Shown here piece after piece: positions 43,416-54,597 of a stretch of DNA of 64,000 nt. Made by a program: the position numbers and the translations under genes. The DNA lies in assembly GCA_963737655.1 (NCBI GenBank), contig CAVTTN010000002.1, positions 5,792,001 to 5,856,000 of the forward strand, given 5' to 3'. Source of the DNA: an uncultured Planctomycetota bacterium (lineage in GTDB: Bacteria > Planctomycetota > Planctomycetia > Isosphaerales > Isosphaeraceae). Position 1 is the first letter of the stretch. The number at the start of each line of letters is the position of its first letter. Under the pieces are notes generated by a model. The model searched no databases and was not told the DNA's origin. It saw only the letters and a program-made list of their open reading frames with translations.

Positions 43416-45410
43416 TCATCGAGAGACGGGCGATCCCCCCGGCGAGGCGGCCAGGGCCTCGCCGTCCTCGGCCCCCCTCGGGCCCCCCGGGGCCAGGTGA
43501 CGTCGCCAGCGTTCCCGGGATCGCGGGTCGTCGCCGCAGAGCCAGGGGGACGACAGGCCCAGGCCCGCGGCGAAGAGGCCGAGCCCGGCGAACGCCGGCG
43601 CCAGGTGTTTCAGGTTGTGGTAGCCCACGACCATGTGGACGGCGATCGCGGCGCCATAGCCGGGGATCCCCGCCAGGAGGAAGGTCCACCACAGCCAGCC
43701 CTCGCCCCGGCGGAATCCCCAGAGGGCGGCCAGGAGGAAGGCCGTCCCCGAGGCCACGAGCATCCCTCCCAGCATCGCGCGGTCGTGGGCGATGAGCGGG
43801 ACCAGCCGAGGATGGGCCGCCCGGATCGCCTCGGCCGAGGTGCCGAGGAATTCCAGGTCCTCGGGGACGAAGACCCGGGTGATCCCGACCCCGGCGATCA
43901 CGGCCCCGGCCGTCAGGAAGGCGGAGGCCTGCACGACGAACGCGAGCTGGCCCCACTGGCCCAGTCGCCATCGCCAGCCGTCGTCCAGGTCGGGCGCCGG
44001 GACCCCCCGGGGCGGGTCCAGCCGCGAATGGACGCCCAGCAACAGGAGCTGGAACAGGATCGCGGTCACGAACGCATGAAACGGATCGAAATATCCGAAC
44101 CCCAGGAACAGGAAGAAGCTGGCGAAGCCGATCGAGGCCGACCAGACCACGGCGACCTTCGCCCAGTGCCGCCCCCGGCGGCTGCCGAGCAGCGACAGGC
44201 CGATGTAGAGGACGCCGAGGGTCATCATCACGCCGGCCAGGGTCACGCGGTCGTGCGCCAGGAACCGCAGGAGGTGGTCGTTGATCGCGTGGATTTGCGG
44301 GAGGGTCAGCGTCACGAATCCTTCGTCGTAGGGGAGCATGACCCGCGTCGAGGCGATCGCCAGGGCCAGGACGCCCCCGCCCAGCATGCCCAGGCCCATC
44401 AGCAAGGTCCAGAACCACGAGGCCTCGGCGGCCCTCAGCGGCGGGGCGATGGGCGCGGGCGATCCCGAATTCTCGCGGGCGAAGAGGATCGCCTCATTCG
44501 CGCGCTTCGGCAGCCCGGGGCCGGAAAAGACCAGCCCGCTGTCGACCTCGACGAGGTCGGCGCCGGCCTCGCGGAGCCCCAGGGCGTCCTCGGGCGAATG
44601 CACGCCTCCCGAGCATGCGATGGCGAACGCCTCGCCCATGGCCCGGCGGATCGTCCGGACGGTCGCCAGGGTCGGCTCGCGGGCCGACGGCCCCTTCACC
44701 GGGCCATCGATCAGGACGCCCCGGACGCCGGCCTCGGCCCAGCGTTCCAGGCGATCCTCGTCGTCCCCGAGGGCCGGATCGGGCGGGACGTGGAGCAAGA
44801 CCGGCGCGGTCGGGGCGACCTCCCTGGCGAGGTCCATCAACGGGCCCGGCGCGACCCCGGGACCGACGGAGAGGACGAAGATATCGACGAGGTCGGCGAG
44901 CCGCGCCATCATCGGCCGGAGCTCGCGCCGGACCGTCTCGCAATCCGCCCCGCGATCGAAGACCAGGCGGGCGAGGCGGGGGATCGCCCGCTTCGGGCCC
45001 CCCTCCAATCGCCGGGCGAGCGCCTCGAACCCCGGATTCCTGGGCGGATCGGCCATCACGAGCGATTCGGTGGCGAGGTCGCGCCGGACGTCGTCGGCCG
45101 AGGCCCTCGGGGCGAACGAGACGGGCCCGACCTCGACGAAGCCGAACCCGAATCGCGAGAGGGCCGGCAGGGCCAGGGCGTGGACATCGACCCCGCATCC
45201 CAGGCCGACCGGGCTGGGGAACGGGATGCCGATCACGGTCGTCCTCAGGCGATCGGACGGGCCCATGTGGCCGAGGAAATCGATCACGGCCGGTCCCAGG
45301 GGCATCCTCGCGAGCAGGCCCATCGCCCCCAGGGTCAGGTCGCGGGCGAGGAGGCCGGGCATCCGGAAGAGCACCGGGCGGAAGACGGTGCGATAGGACC
45401 AGTCGGGCAC
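43416..45410 (-). CDS. degenerate dihydroorotate-dehydrogenase-like barrel fused to a multi-TM domain
   Basis: MPDWSY, SPVGLG, FGFGFVEVGP, SGGVHSPEDA..AGADLV; then about seven TMs with repeated AHDR motif. Confidence 0.8.
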   Translation of the reverse strand: MPDWSYRTVFRPVLFRMPGLLARDLTLGAMGLLARMPLGPAVIDFLGHMGPSDRLRTTVIGIPFPSPVGLGCGVDVHALALPALSRFGFGFVEVGPVSFAPRASADDVRRDLATESLVMADPPRNPGFEALARRLEGGPKRAIPRLARLVFDRGADCETVRRELRPMMARLADLVDIFVLSVGPGVAPGPLMDLAREVAPTAPVLLHVPPDPALGDDEDRLERWAEAGVRGVLIDGPVKGPSAREPTLATVRTIRRAMGEAFAIACSGGVHSPEDALGLREAGADLVEVDSGLVFSGPGLPKRANEAILFARENSGSPAPIAPPLRAAEASWFWTLLMGLGMLGGGVLALAIASTRVMLPYDEGFVTLTLPQIHAINDHLLRFLAHDRVTLAGVMMTLGVLYIGLSLLGSRRGRHWAKVAVVWSASIGFASFFLFLGFGYFDPFHAFVTAILFQLLLLGVHSRLDPPRGVPAPDLDDGWRWRLGQWGQLAFVVQASAFLTAGAVIAGVGITRVFVPEDLEFLGTSAEAIRAAHPRLVPLIAHDRAMLGGMLVASGTAFLLAALWGFRRGEGWLWWTFLLAGIPGYGAAIAVHMVVGYHNLKHLAPAFAGLGLFAAGLGLSSPWLCGDDPRSRERWRRHLAPGGPRGAEDGEALAASPGGSPVSR

Positions 45411-45595
45411 GGCGGCCTCCCGCGATCCAAAGGGTTCCCCGGCGGTTTGACGTAGCCTAACCGAGCCGCCGAAGGGGAGCGAGGGGCGCGTCCTCATTGC
45501 CCGGCCGGGGCGCGGTCCTTATGATGTCGGGATTGCGGGCAAAGGCCGGGCCGAGGGGTCGGCCCGCCGCGACGTCCCGAAGGCCCCGAGCCGTC

Positions 45596-47101
45596 ATGGG
45601 CACCATCTTCACCACCGATTACCTCGCCCTGGACCTCGGCGCCGAGAGCGGCCGGGGGCTGCTCGGCCGGTTCGACGGCGAACGCCTGAGCCTGGAGGAG
45701 GTCCACCGCTTCCCCAACGGGCCGGTCCGCCTGGTCAATACGCTGGTCTGGCCCCTCCCCCGGCTCTGGGACGAGTGCAAGACGGCCCTCCGCAAGGCCG
45801 GCGCCGGCCGGGGGCTGGACGGCGTGGGCGTGGACACCTGGGGCGTCGATTTCGCGCTGATCGGCAAGGGCGAGACCCTCCTGGGCAACCCCGTCCACTA
45901 TCGAGACGCCCGGACCGAGGGGATGCTGGACCTCGCCTGCTCGCTCGTCCCCCGGGAGCGGATCTATGAGGTCTCGGGCCTGCAATTCCTCCCCCTGAAC
46001 ACGCTCTATCAGCTCCTGGCGATGAAGCAGGCCGGCTCCCCCCTGCTGGACATGGCCGAATCGCTCCTGATGATGCCCGACCTCTTCGGCTGGCTCCTGA
46101 CCGGCCGGAGGGCCGTCGAGAGGACCGACGCCTCGACGACCCAGCTCATGGACCCCAGGACCGGGACGTGGTCCGACGAGTTGATCTCCGGCTTCGGCCT
46201 GCCCCGGCGGATCTTCGGCGACCCGATCGAGCCGGGGACCGTGCTCGGGCCGCTCCTGCCGAGCGTCGCCGAGGAGGTGAACCTCCGGGACGTGAAGGTC
46301 CTGGCCACCGCCGGGCACGACACGGCCGCCGCCGTCGCCGCCGTCCCCACCCTCGGCCGGTCCGACCCGCCGGATTGGTGCTACCTGAGCTCCGGGACGT
46401 GGTCGCTCCTGGGCGTCGAGTCTTCGAGGCCGATCATCAACGACGCCACCTACAAATACAATTTCACGAACGAGGGGGGCGTCCTCGGCACCACGCGGCT
46501 CCTCAAGAACATCATGGGCCTGTGGCTGGTCCAGGAGTGCCGGCGGACCTGGGCGCGGTCGGGCAAGGATTATACGTATGACGAATTGATCGCCAAGGCC
46601 GGGGCCGCACGGCCGTTCTCGGCGATCATCGAGCCGGACGACCCCTCGTTCTACGCCCCGGGCGACATGCCCGCCCGGATCGCCGCCTTCTGCGCCCGGA
46701 CCGGCCAGGCCGCGCCGGTCGGCGACGGCGCGATCGTCCGCTCGGCGCTGGAGGGCCTGGCCCTGAAGTACCGATGGACGATCGAGAAGCTCGAAGAGGT
46801 CACCGGGGGGACGATCCGGACGATCCACGTCGTCGGCGGGGGGTGCAAGAACGCCCTGTTGAACCAGTTCACGGCCGACGCCTGCAACCGCCCCGTCGTG
46901 GCCGGGCCCGTCGAGGCGACGGCGATGGGCAACGTGTTGATCCAGGCGATGGCCCGGGGGCGGATCGGCTCGCTCGGCGACCTCCGGGAGATCGTCGCCC
47001 GGTCCTTCCCGGTCGCCACCTACGAGCCGAAGGACACCGCCGCCTGGGACGAGGCCGCCGCGAAGTTCGCGAGCCTCGCCCCGGGCCGATCGGGTGCCTA
47101 G
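45596..47101 (+). CDS. rhaB: rhamnulokinase (FGGY family)
   Basis: DLGAESGR, DTWGVDF, HYRDART, GHDTA, SSGTWSLLG, FTNEGG, KNIMGLW. Confidence 0.9.
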   Translation: MGTIFTTDYLALDLGAESGRGLLGRFDGERLSLEEVHRFPNGPVRLVNTLVWPLPRLWDECKTALRKAGAGRGLDGVGVDTWGVDFALIGKGETLLGNPVHYRDARTEGMLDLACSLVPRERIYEVSGLQFLPLNTLYQLLAMKQAGSPLLDMAESLLMMPDLFGWLLTGRRAVERTDASTTQLMDPRTGTWSDELISGFGLPRRIFGDPIEPGTVLGPLLPSVAEEVNLRDVKVLATAGHDTAAAVAAVPTLGRSDPPDWCYLSSGTWSLLGVESSRPIINDATYKYNFTNEGGVLGTTRLLKNIMGLWLVQECRRTWARSGKDYTYDELIAKAGAARPFSAIIEPDDPSFYAPGDMPARIAAFCARTGQAAPVGDGAIVRSALEGLALKYRWTIEKLEEVTGGTIRTIHVVGGGCKNALLNQFTADACNRPVVAGPVEATAMGNVLIQAMARGRIGSLGDLREIVARSFPVATYEPKDTAAWDEAAAKFASLAPGRSGA

Positions 47102-47127
47102 AATCCTCGGGAACCGTCTCGAAGGAT

Positions 47128-47229
47128 CGGGTTCCGGGTGGCATGCTTACGTCTTCGTAAGCACGTCTTCGGCCGAATGCCGGACTGCGGACATGCTTAC
47201 GAAGACGTAAGCATGCCACCCGGAACCCG
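47128..47229. repeat. REPIN-like inverted repeat, family C
   Basis: GGGTGGCATGCTTACGTCTTCGTAAGCA..TGCTTACGAAGACGTAAGCATGCCACCC. Confidence 0.9.
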
Positions 47230-47274
47230 ACGTCAACCCGATCGGATGCGACACTTTCCACCATCGGGCCTCGA

Positions 47275-48036
47275 TCAAGCCTCGGCCTTCTTGCGACGGC
47301 GGATCGCCCGGCCGGCGGCCGTGAGGGTCCCGATGCCGAGGAGGGCGAGCGAGGACGGCTCGGGGACGACCCCCCCTTGCACGGGCGTCCCGGGGAAGGT
47401 CGGGATCAGCGGGTCGGCGCGGATGCTGAAGTTGTCGGCCTCGAACCCGGTGCCGAGGTTGCCGTTGTTGAAGACGATCTCGTCGAACGTCGTGCCGTTG
47501 GTGCCGATGAAGTTCAGGTAGGCGAACTTCTCGCCGCCGTCGGTGCCGTAATAGGTGGGGTTGCCGTTGTACGACGAGTCGAGCTGGCCGAGGGCCGCCG
47601 CCGAGTCGAAGCTGCCGAGGAACTGGCCGTTGGAGTAGAACGAGACGCTGTTGAACGGGTCGGCCGCCGACCACCACATCCCGAAATACGCCTGGGGGGC
47701 GTTCAGGGTGAGCGTGGCCTGGAGTTGCCCGCTCTCGGCCCCGATCACGAAGTAATGGCCGGCGCCGCCCGCTCCGCCGTACTGGTCGGCCTCGTGGATG
47801 TTCAGGCCGGGGCCCGGTGCGGAGAAGGTGCCCACGGCCGTTTGCAGGGACGTGTACGATCCGGTGGAGATGCCGTCGAAGGTCTCGGTGACGGCCCCCG
47901 AGACCTGGGTGGTCTCGACCCCGGCGGCCTCGGCCGTCAACATCAGGTCGGCCCGCGACGTCGTCGCCAGGCCCATTGCGAACAGGAAGGCCGCCGCCGG
48001 GGCGGCCTGTCGGAAGAAGGCGCGTACTCGGTTCAT
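47275..48036 (-). CDS. PEP-CTERM exosortase-sorted surface protein (Npun_F0296-like)
   Basis: signal peptide; YFGMWWSAAD; VPEPSSLALLGIG..RRRKK. Confidence 0.9.
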   Translation of the reverse strand: MNRVRAFFRQAAPAAAFLFAMGLATTSRADLMLTAEAAGVETTQVSGAVTETFDGISTGSYTSLQTAVGTFSAPGPGLNIHEADQYGGAGGAGHYFVIGAESGQLQATLTLNAPQAYFGMWWSAADPFNSVSFYSNGQFLGSFDSAAALGQLDSSYNGNPTYYGTDGGEKFAYLNFIGTNGTTFDEIVFNNGNLGTGFEADNFSIRADPLIPTFPGTPVQGGVVPEPSSLALLGIGTLTAAGRAIRRRKKAEA

Positions 48037-48262
48037 CGCTGCTCGCTCATACCATCCCGGAGAATCCCCGGCCGCCTCGCCGGGGACGGTCGCCCCTCCT
48101 GGGCACGATCCGATTCCCTCCCGGGCCGCTGGAAGGCCCGGAATCACTCTAGGCCGATCGCCGGGGATCGTCCGGGACGTTGCTTGGAATCCTCATCTCG
48201 GATCAAGAATCGACAAGTTTGGTCATAGAATTCCATCCCGCGATGGCTTTCCTCGCCGCGGC

Positions 48263-49896
48263 TCAATCCCCGTCGCGGAGGGTCAGCCGGGCGACGATCG
48301 GAGGTCGAGCGACGACCTCGGCCAGCCCCTCGGGCATGGGGCGGTCGGCCAGGATCTCGACCCCGGCGACGGCCCGGGGCTCGATCGCCGAGAAGACGCG
48401 ATCGACGACCGTTCCCGCCGGGTCGCTGACCAGGACGAACCCGCCGGAGGGCCCCGAGGCCGTCGCCCGGACGATCATCCCGGGCTGCACCTCCGGGCCG
48501 AGGCGACGGCCTCCGCCGAGACGTCCTGGCCGATCAGGAGCCAGTCTCCCGAGCCCGGGGGGATCGACTCGATCGACCCGGGGCGAGGGGCCGCGACGAT
48601 CCGGACGGCCGACCACTCCCCGCTCGCCCCTCGGGACCGGACCAGCAAGTGATCGGGCCCGGCGCACCCCTCGACCCGATCGACCGTGAGCTTCCGGGAC
48701 CTCCGGTGGAGGACGGCCACCGGCGGGACGTCTCCGGGCCGGGGGGGCAGGTCGCGATAATCCAGGCGGAAGTGGCTGTCGAGGTGCTCGGCCAGGGCGC
48801 GGACCTCGGCCGCCGAGGCGTGAGGGAGCAGCCACAGGTCCATCCCGAGGTCCGACAGGGCCCAGCCCAGCCCGGCGAGCCGCTCGGGGAACGGTCGGCG
48901 GGCGTCCTTCAGATTGAGGAACGCCACGTCGAGCTCCGAGCCTTCGCGGCGGCTTCCGGCGGAGACGAACTCGGCCGCCGATCGGCCTCGGAGCCATCGG
49001 CCGATCGCCCCGAAGAACCCGGCGCCGGGGTCCAGCCCGCGGAACAGGCCGCGGAGCCTGGCCGCGACCTCGGGCCCGGCGATCTGCTCCGCCTCCCGAC
49101 TCTCCAGCCACAGCGCAATGGCCGAGATCCGGATCCCCTCGTTCAGGAACCGGGAGCCGGCCGGCGCCCCCTTGACCCGCTTGCCCCCCTCGGCCGAGAC
49201 CGAGGCGTGATGCAGGGCCACCAGCCGCCAGTGGTTGTCGAACACCGGGCTGCCCGAGGAGCCGGGCTCGGTGTCGCAGGCGTATTGCAGGACCACCCGA
49301 TCGGCCTTGACCACGTGATTATCCCGGAGGGCCACCTGCTTCGGCCTTCCCCGGGGGTGCTGGATGATGTTCACCGGGTCCGAGGCGTCCACCCGCCGGC
49401 TGTCCCTCTCCAACACGATCGCGCCGAGGGCCTCCAGGCCCTTGACCCCGCAGAACGTGAAGTCCAGGCCCGATTCGGTCACGAACAGGGATTGCGGGTC
49501 CAGCGTGGCCTCGATCGGGAAGACCGGCGGGTCGAGGTCTTCGGGCCTCTCGGCGTCGTACAGGGCGATGGCCCGGGCCGCCCAGGCCGTGGCCGGGTCG
49601 GGCAGGACGTGATGGTTGGTCAGGAGGACGTCCGGGCCGACGAGGAACCCCGTCCCGCTCGCGCCGTCGCCCCGGACGATCTTCACCACCGAGCGCCCCC
49701 GGAGGTCTCCGGTGCGGAGGAAGACGAAGGGCAGCAATTCATTCTCTTCGAGGATGAGCTCCGGGCGGACCACCGGGCCGCCCGAGAACTGGAGGGCCGG
49801 GCCCGGAGGGGCGACCCGGGGCCGTCGGGAGCGGCGATCGTAACCGGACAGGAATCGGCCATTGAGCGGGGATTCGTCCCGCGAATACCTGGGCAT
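48263..49896 (-). CDS. trypsin-like serine peptidase with degenerate C-terminal domain (frameshift near 48500)
   Basis: GTGFLV, LTNHHV, LDFT, IIQHP, TEPGSSGSPV, NEGIRIS. Confidence 0.85.
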
Positions 49897-50234
49897 GATC
49901 GACGGCCTCTTAACGCAACACGACTCGAACCGACCGCGGGCTGGACTCGACGTGGCTCCCAGGCCCCGGACGATGGCTCGCCGTGGAGAAGGCCCTCCGA
50001 TCTCAGGGGGATGATCCGATCCGTCGGACGGCCGGAGGCGCCCGCTCGCCCCGGGGCATGTCGGGCACCCGTCGCGAGCGAATCCTCAACGCACCGTCCC
50101 TTGCTAGCATCGAGACGGGGATCGGCGAGGGATTGCCAAAGCGGGACTCCCGGGCAACTCCGAGGGATTTCGTTGTCACGGGCCGATCGCGCTGGTAGGC
50201 TCGGGGCGAGGCGAGGCGAAGGGGGGCCGGCGCG

Positions 50235-51678
50235 ATGACCGAGACCGTCGAGACGCCGAGACGATCGCCGATCGGGACGGCGCTGAGGGCGCTGATCCTG
50301 CCGGCCGTCTGGCTGGAGAGGGCCGAGGGCGGCGACGGCTGGCGTTGCTGCTCGCCTATGGCCTGATCGCCGGGTTCCTGGTCCTGGTGGGGCTGAGGAT
50401 GGCCGCGCTCCGGGGGCTGCCGGACGTCGGCGACCCGTTCGCGGAGGATCGGATCGCGGAAACGCGGCTCCCCGCCGTCGATCCAGCCGCGCTCCGCGAG
50501 GCGGTCGGGCACTACCGCCGGGCCGCCGAGCTGTTCCGCGGCCTGCCTCCGGGCCGGGACCTCCGCAGTGGCATGCTTCCCGCGACGCCGGCCAACCCCT
50601 TCGGCGAGTTCGCCGCGAAGGACTTCGAGGTCACCGACTCCCTGAACCGCGACCGGGGGGATGGGCCCGGCGTGGCGGTCCGCTATCGCGACTGGCTCGA
50701 CGCCAACGGCCCCGCCCTGGCCGAGTGGCGGGAATGGGCCGAGAGCCAGCCGGACGCCGCGGCCCAGGCGTCTCGGGCCGGCGCCCCGGGCCCCTCGGCA
50801 CGCTCGCCTTCTCCAACAATCACGGCTTCCCCGGCCTGGCGATGCTCGACGCCCTCCGCCGCCAGTCTCAGGGCGACCCGGCCGGCGCCTGGGAGGCGCT
50901 CCGGCTCTGCCTCCAGTCGGTCCGTCGGGTCGAGTCTCCGGCCCTGTTCGGCCCCGGCGATCGGACGACGGCCATCGTGGTCCCGTCCCTCCTGATCGCC
51001 TTCGATCGCTGGTCGAGCGACCCGAACGTCGATGCCGCGATGCTCCGCCGGGCCCTGGAGGATGTCCTCGCCATCGACGCCCCGAATCCCGACCAACGGG
51101 CCGCCCTCCGCGACGAATACGACCGGGTGATGAAGGCCATCGAGAGTCCGGGCGAAGCGATCTGGAAGTCGATCGAAGCCGAGCTCAACGACCCGTGGGA
51201 CGAGTCGTACCTCAACCGCCAGGTGCCGGGGATGGCCTGGTGCCGCCTCTTCGTCCGCAACGAGCCGGAGAGGAGCCGCCGCGTGGCCCGCCTGGTCTTC
51301 GCGAACTGGAGGAGGCGGCTGCAGGAGCCGTGGCGGGTCGATCCAGGCCCGATCGCCGTGCCTCTCGGGTCGGTGTACTCGTCGTCGCTGACCATACCGT
51401 CGGTCTGGATCTACCCCGACGACCCGGCCTGGCCTCCGTCTCTGGAGGAGAAGGCCGAGCGGATGACCGAAGCCCTGGTCTTCAAACGAGTGATCACGAA
51501 TTCCCAGGGCCCGAGCCAACTCCTGGATATCCAGGCCGGTCATCGGCGGGCGCTCCTGGCCGTCCTCCTGGCCGCGCTCCACCAAAGAGAGCGTGGCCAG
51601 CCGTTCCCGGGCGATCCCGACGCCCTGATCGATCCCTTTCTCGCCTCGCGGAAGGCCCGGGGAGACCGGAACCCATGA
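50235..51678 (+). CDS. membrane-anchored hypothetical protein (frameshifts near 50335 and 50790)
   Basis: TM followed by LRGLPDVGDPF; continuous coding bias over three frames; NEPERSRRVARLVFANW. Confidence 0.65.
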
Positions 51679-52985
51679 TCGCCTTGATGCTGATGCCCGC
51701 CCTCCTTGCCGCCGATGCCCCGCCACCGCCTCCCAAGGCGAAGCCGGCCGGCGATCCCGTCGTGGCCCAGGCCGTGGCGAAGTTCCGCGAGAACTTCGAC
51801 CGATTCGGAACCCTGGAAGTCCAGTGGCGCCGAGAGCAGCACTACACCGAGGCCTGGATCGCGATGCAGGACCGTCTGGCGGAGGAGCAGGCCAAGGCCG
51901 TGGAGGCCATGGACCCGTCCGACCCCAGGTTCGACCAGGCTCAAAAGGCATCTCAGGCCAAGCGGGGCGCGATGACGCAATTCCGGGTGCCGACGGCCTT
52001 CCATCAGACGTTCCTCACCGACCGGATTCGGTTCCAGATGAGGACCGCCCGCCAGCCGGGGATCGTTCTCGATCCCGACGCGAAGCTCGACATGCCCTCC
52101 GACGGCCCGACCACGGCGGCCAACCTCCCCCAGGACTTCGTCGGCGTGAGCTTCATCTCCTATCGCGGGATTCCGTCCGAGGGGTTCCGCACCTGGCGGA
52201 TCGACTACCCCGGGAATCCCGGCTACGGCTCGATCCTGACTCGGAATCAGAACACCGGCGAGGCCTTCTTCCCGCCCCTGGGGATCAACCGGAGGGACTG
52301 GGCCGGCGACGACTCCCAATGGCACCCGATCGACCTGTTCCTCCGCGACCCGACCGCCGAGATCCGCGCCGTCGGCCGGGAGAAGGTGGGGGACCGCGAA
52401 ACGGTCGTCCTGGAGCGCTGGGGAGGCCCCGAGCCGAACAAGCCCGGGATGACGACCGGCGGCCCCGTGATCCGCGCCTTCCTCGACATGGAGCGAGGCG
52501 CCCTGCCCCTGAAGATCGAATGGACCATGGGCCAGAAGGCGATGGGCCAGCCGCCGACGACTTCCCCGGGCGTCCGGCCCCATCAGGTCCTGGAGACGAC
52601 CGAGATCGTCCAGGTCAAGGGAGCCGGCTTCTACCCCAAGAGGGGGACGATCCGCACCTTCGGCTCCGACCCGGGGTCCTGGAAGGGGACGGGCCCGCCC
52701 CCCGTGGACCTGATGGAGGAGACCACCTGGAGGGCCGTCGCCATCGAGGCCAACGCCCCCTTGAAGGACGACATGAGCCTGCCGTTCCCCCAGGGTGTCT
52801 ACTACTTCGACCAGAGGATCGGCGCCTCGCTTTACGAAGGCGCGATCGTCGCGGGAGGAACCCGCCTGCCCTGGCTCCTCTGCCTGGGCCTCCTGGCCGG
52901 CTGGGCGATTTTTGGCGTGGTCATGATGGCGAGGTCGATGATCCGGAAGTCCCGGAAGCGATCGCTGAGGATGGCCCGGGGCTAA
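51675..52985 (+). CDS. secreted hypothetical protein with C-terminal TM
   Basis: MIALMLMPALLAA; ATGA overlap with upstream stop. Confidence 0.75.
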   Translation: MIALMLMPALLAADAPPPPPKAKPAGDPVVAQAVAKFRENFDRFGTLEVQWRREQHYTEAWIAMQDRLAEEQAKAVEAMDPSDPRFDQAQKASQAKRGAMTQFRVPTAFHQTFLTDRIRFQMRTARQPGIVLDPDAKLDMPSDGPTTAANLPQDFVGVSFISYRGIPSEGFRTWRIDYPGNPGYGSILTRNQNTGEAFFPPLGINRRDWAGDDSQWHPIDLFLRDPTAEIRAVGREKVGDRETVVLERWGGPEPNKPGMTTGGPVIRAFLDMERGALPLKIEWTMGQKAMGQPPTTSPGVRPHQVLETTEIVQVKGAGFYPKRGTIRTFGSDPGSWKGTGPPPVDLMEETTWRAVAIEANAPLKDDMSLPFPQGVYYFDQRIGASLYEGAIVAGGTRLPWLLCLGLLAGWAIFGVVMMARSMIRKSRKRSLRMARG

Positions 52986-54162
52986 TCGGCGGACGACTCG
53001 ATCACCGACCCGGACGAAGGGGCCGCCGCCGAGGCCACGACCCGGGCGATCCGGCCGACCGCCTCGTCGATGTCCCCCTCGGTCGTGGACGGCCCCAGGC
53101 TGAACCGGACCGACGACTTCAGCAGCGAATCCGGCACCTTCATGGCCCGGAGGGTCGGCGAGGGGCGAGTCGATCCGCTGGCGCAGGCCGATCCGAGCGA
53201 CGCGCGGATACCGGCCAGGTCCAGGCCCATCAACAGGGCGTCGCCCTCGCGACCGGGGAACGCCAGGAGGAGCGTTTGAGGGAGCCTGATCGCCGGGTCG
53301 TCCGGTCCGTGGCGGACGACGTTCCCGGGCCCGAGGGCCGCGATCAATCCCGCCTCCAATCGGTCGCGGAGGGCCGTCCAGCGGGCGATTCGCGCCCGGA
53401 GTCGCGATGGGCGATCTCCAGGGCCCTGGCGAGCCCGACGATCATCGCCACCGGCACCGTCCCCGGCCTCAGGCCCCGTTGCTGCCCCCCTCCGAACAAC
53501 ATCGGGGGCAATTTCACGCCCCGACGCACCAGGAGCAGCCCGATCCCGCCCGGCCCGCCGAACTTGTGGCCACTGGCGGCCAGCGTCGCCACGCCCAACT
53601 CGTGAAATCGCACCGGGATGCGGCCGACGGCCTGGACGGCGTCCGTGTGGACCGGAATCCCCCGATCGCCGAGGAGGCTCGCCAGCCGGCCGACCGGCTG
53701 GATCGCCCCGGTCTCGTTGTGGGCGAGGATCAGGGTCGCGAACCGGGTCTCGGGACGGGCCAGTTCGGCCATCGCCTCCGGAACGGCCAGCCCTCGGCCG
53801 TCGATCTCGGGCCGATCGACGGCGAACCCGAGCCGCCCGAGCCTCTCGACGGCCTCGGAGACGGCCGGATGCTCCATCGGCGAGGAAAGGACGGCGCCGG
53901 GGCCTCGGTCCGGGTCGGCCAGTCCGAAGATGGCCAGGTTATTCGCCTCGGTCCCGCCGGAGGTGAAGAGGACCTCGTCGGGATGGGCGTCCAGGAGGTT
54001 CGCGAGGGTCTCGGAGGCGTGGGTCAGGAGCCTCCGGGCGGCCCGCCCCGAGGCATGGCGGCTCTCGGGGTTCCCGCCGGCAAGCCAGGCGGGCCCCATC
54101 GCGTCGAGGACCTCGGGCAAGACCGGCGAGGTCGCGTTGTGGTCCAGGTCGATCGGGCGCAT
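52982..54162 (-). CDS. cysteine desulfurase (IscS/NifS class I; frameshift near 53390)
   Basis: LDHNATS, FTSGGTEANN, HTDAVQ, SGHKFGGP, GSACASGS. Confidence 0.93.
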
Positions 54163-54181
54163 GGGGGCCGGCCCCCTCGGG

Positions 54182-54391
54182 TCAGCCGAAGCTCCGCAAC
54201 ATCAGGATCAGGCCGATGACGAACACCGGGACGCCGATCGGGTAAAGCATCCCCGAGCACATCGCCACGCCCAGGACCATCAGGGCGAAGCCGACGACCA
54301 CGCCCACGAACCGGCCCAGGAGCTCGACCCCCGAGCCGATCAGGCGGAACGGCCACGTGACGACCGACCAGAGCGCTCCGAACATGATCAC
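54182..54391 (-). CDS. small membrane protein
   Basis: 69 aa, two or three hydrophobic segments. Confidence 0.7.
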   Translation of the reverse strand: MIMFGALWSVVTWPFRLIGSGVELLGRFVGVVVGFALMVLGVAMCSGMLYPIGVPVFVIGLILMLRSFG

Positions 54392-54597
54392 CTAGCCTAG
54401 CACGAGACGGGCCCGCGAGGGAACAGGGCGAAGGCCCGGAGTCGGGCCGGACTGACCTTGCCGGAATCGTCCCGAAGGATTCCAATACGACGCGATCTGA
54501 GGGGGATTCGTCGAGGACGGCGGACCCTTGGATCGGTCCGCCTCCGATTTTTCCCGAGGGCCGGGCCGAGACGTCGCGGGCAGGGAGGCCGGGCAAG

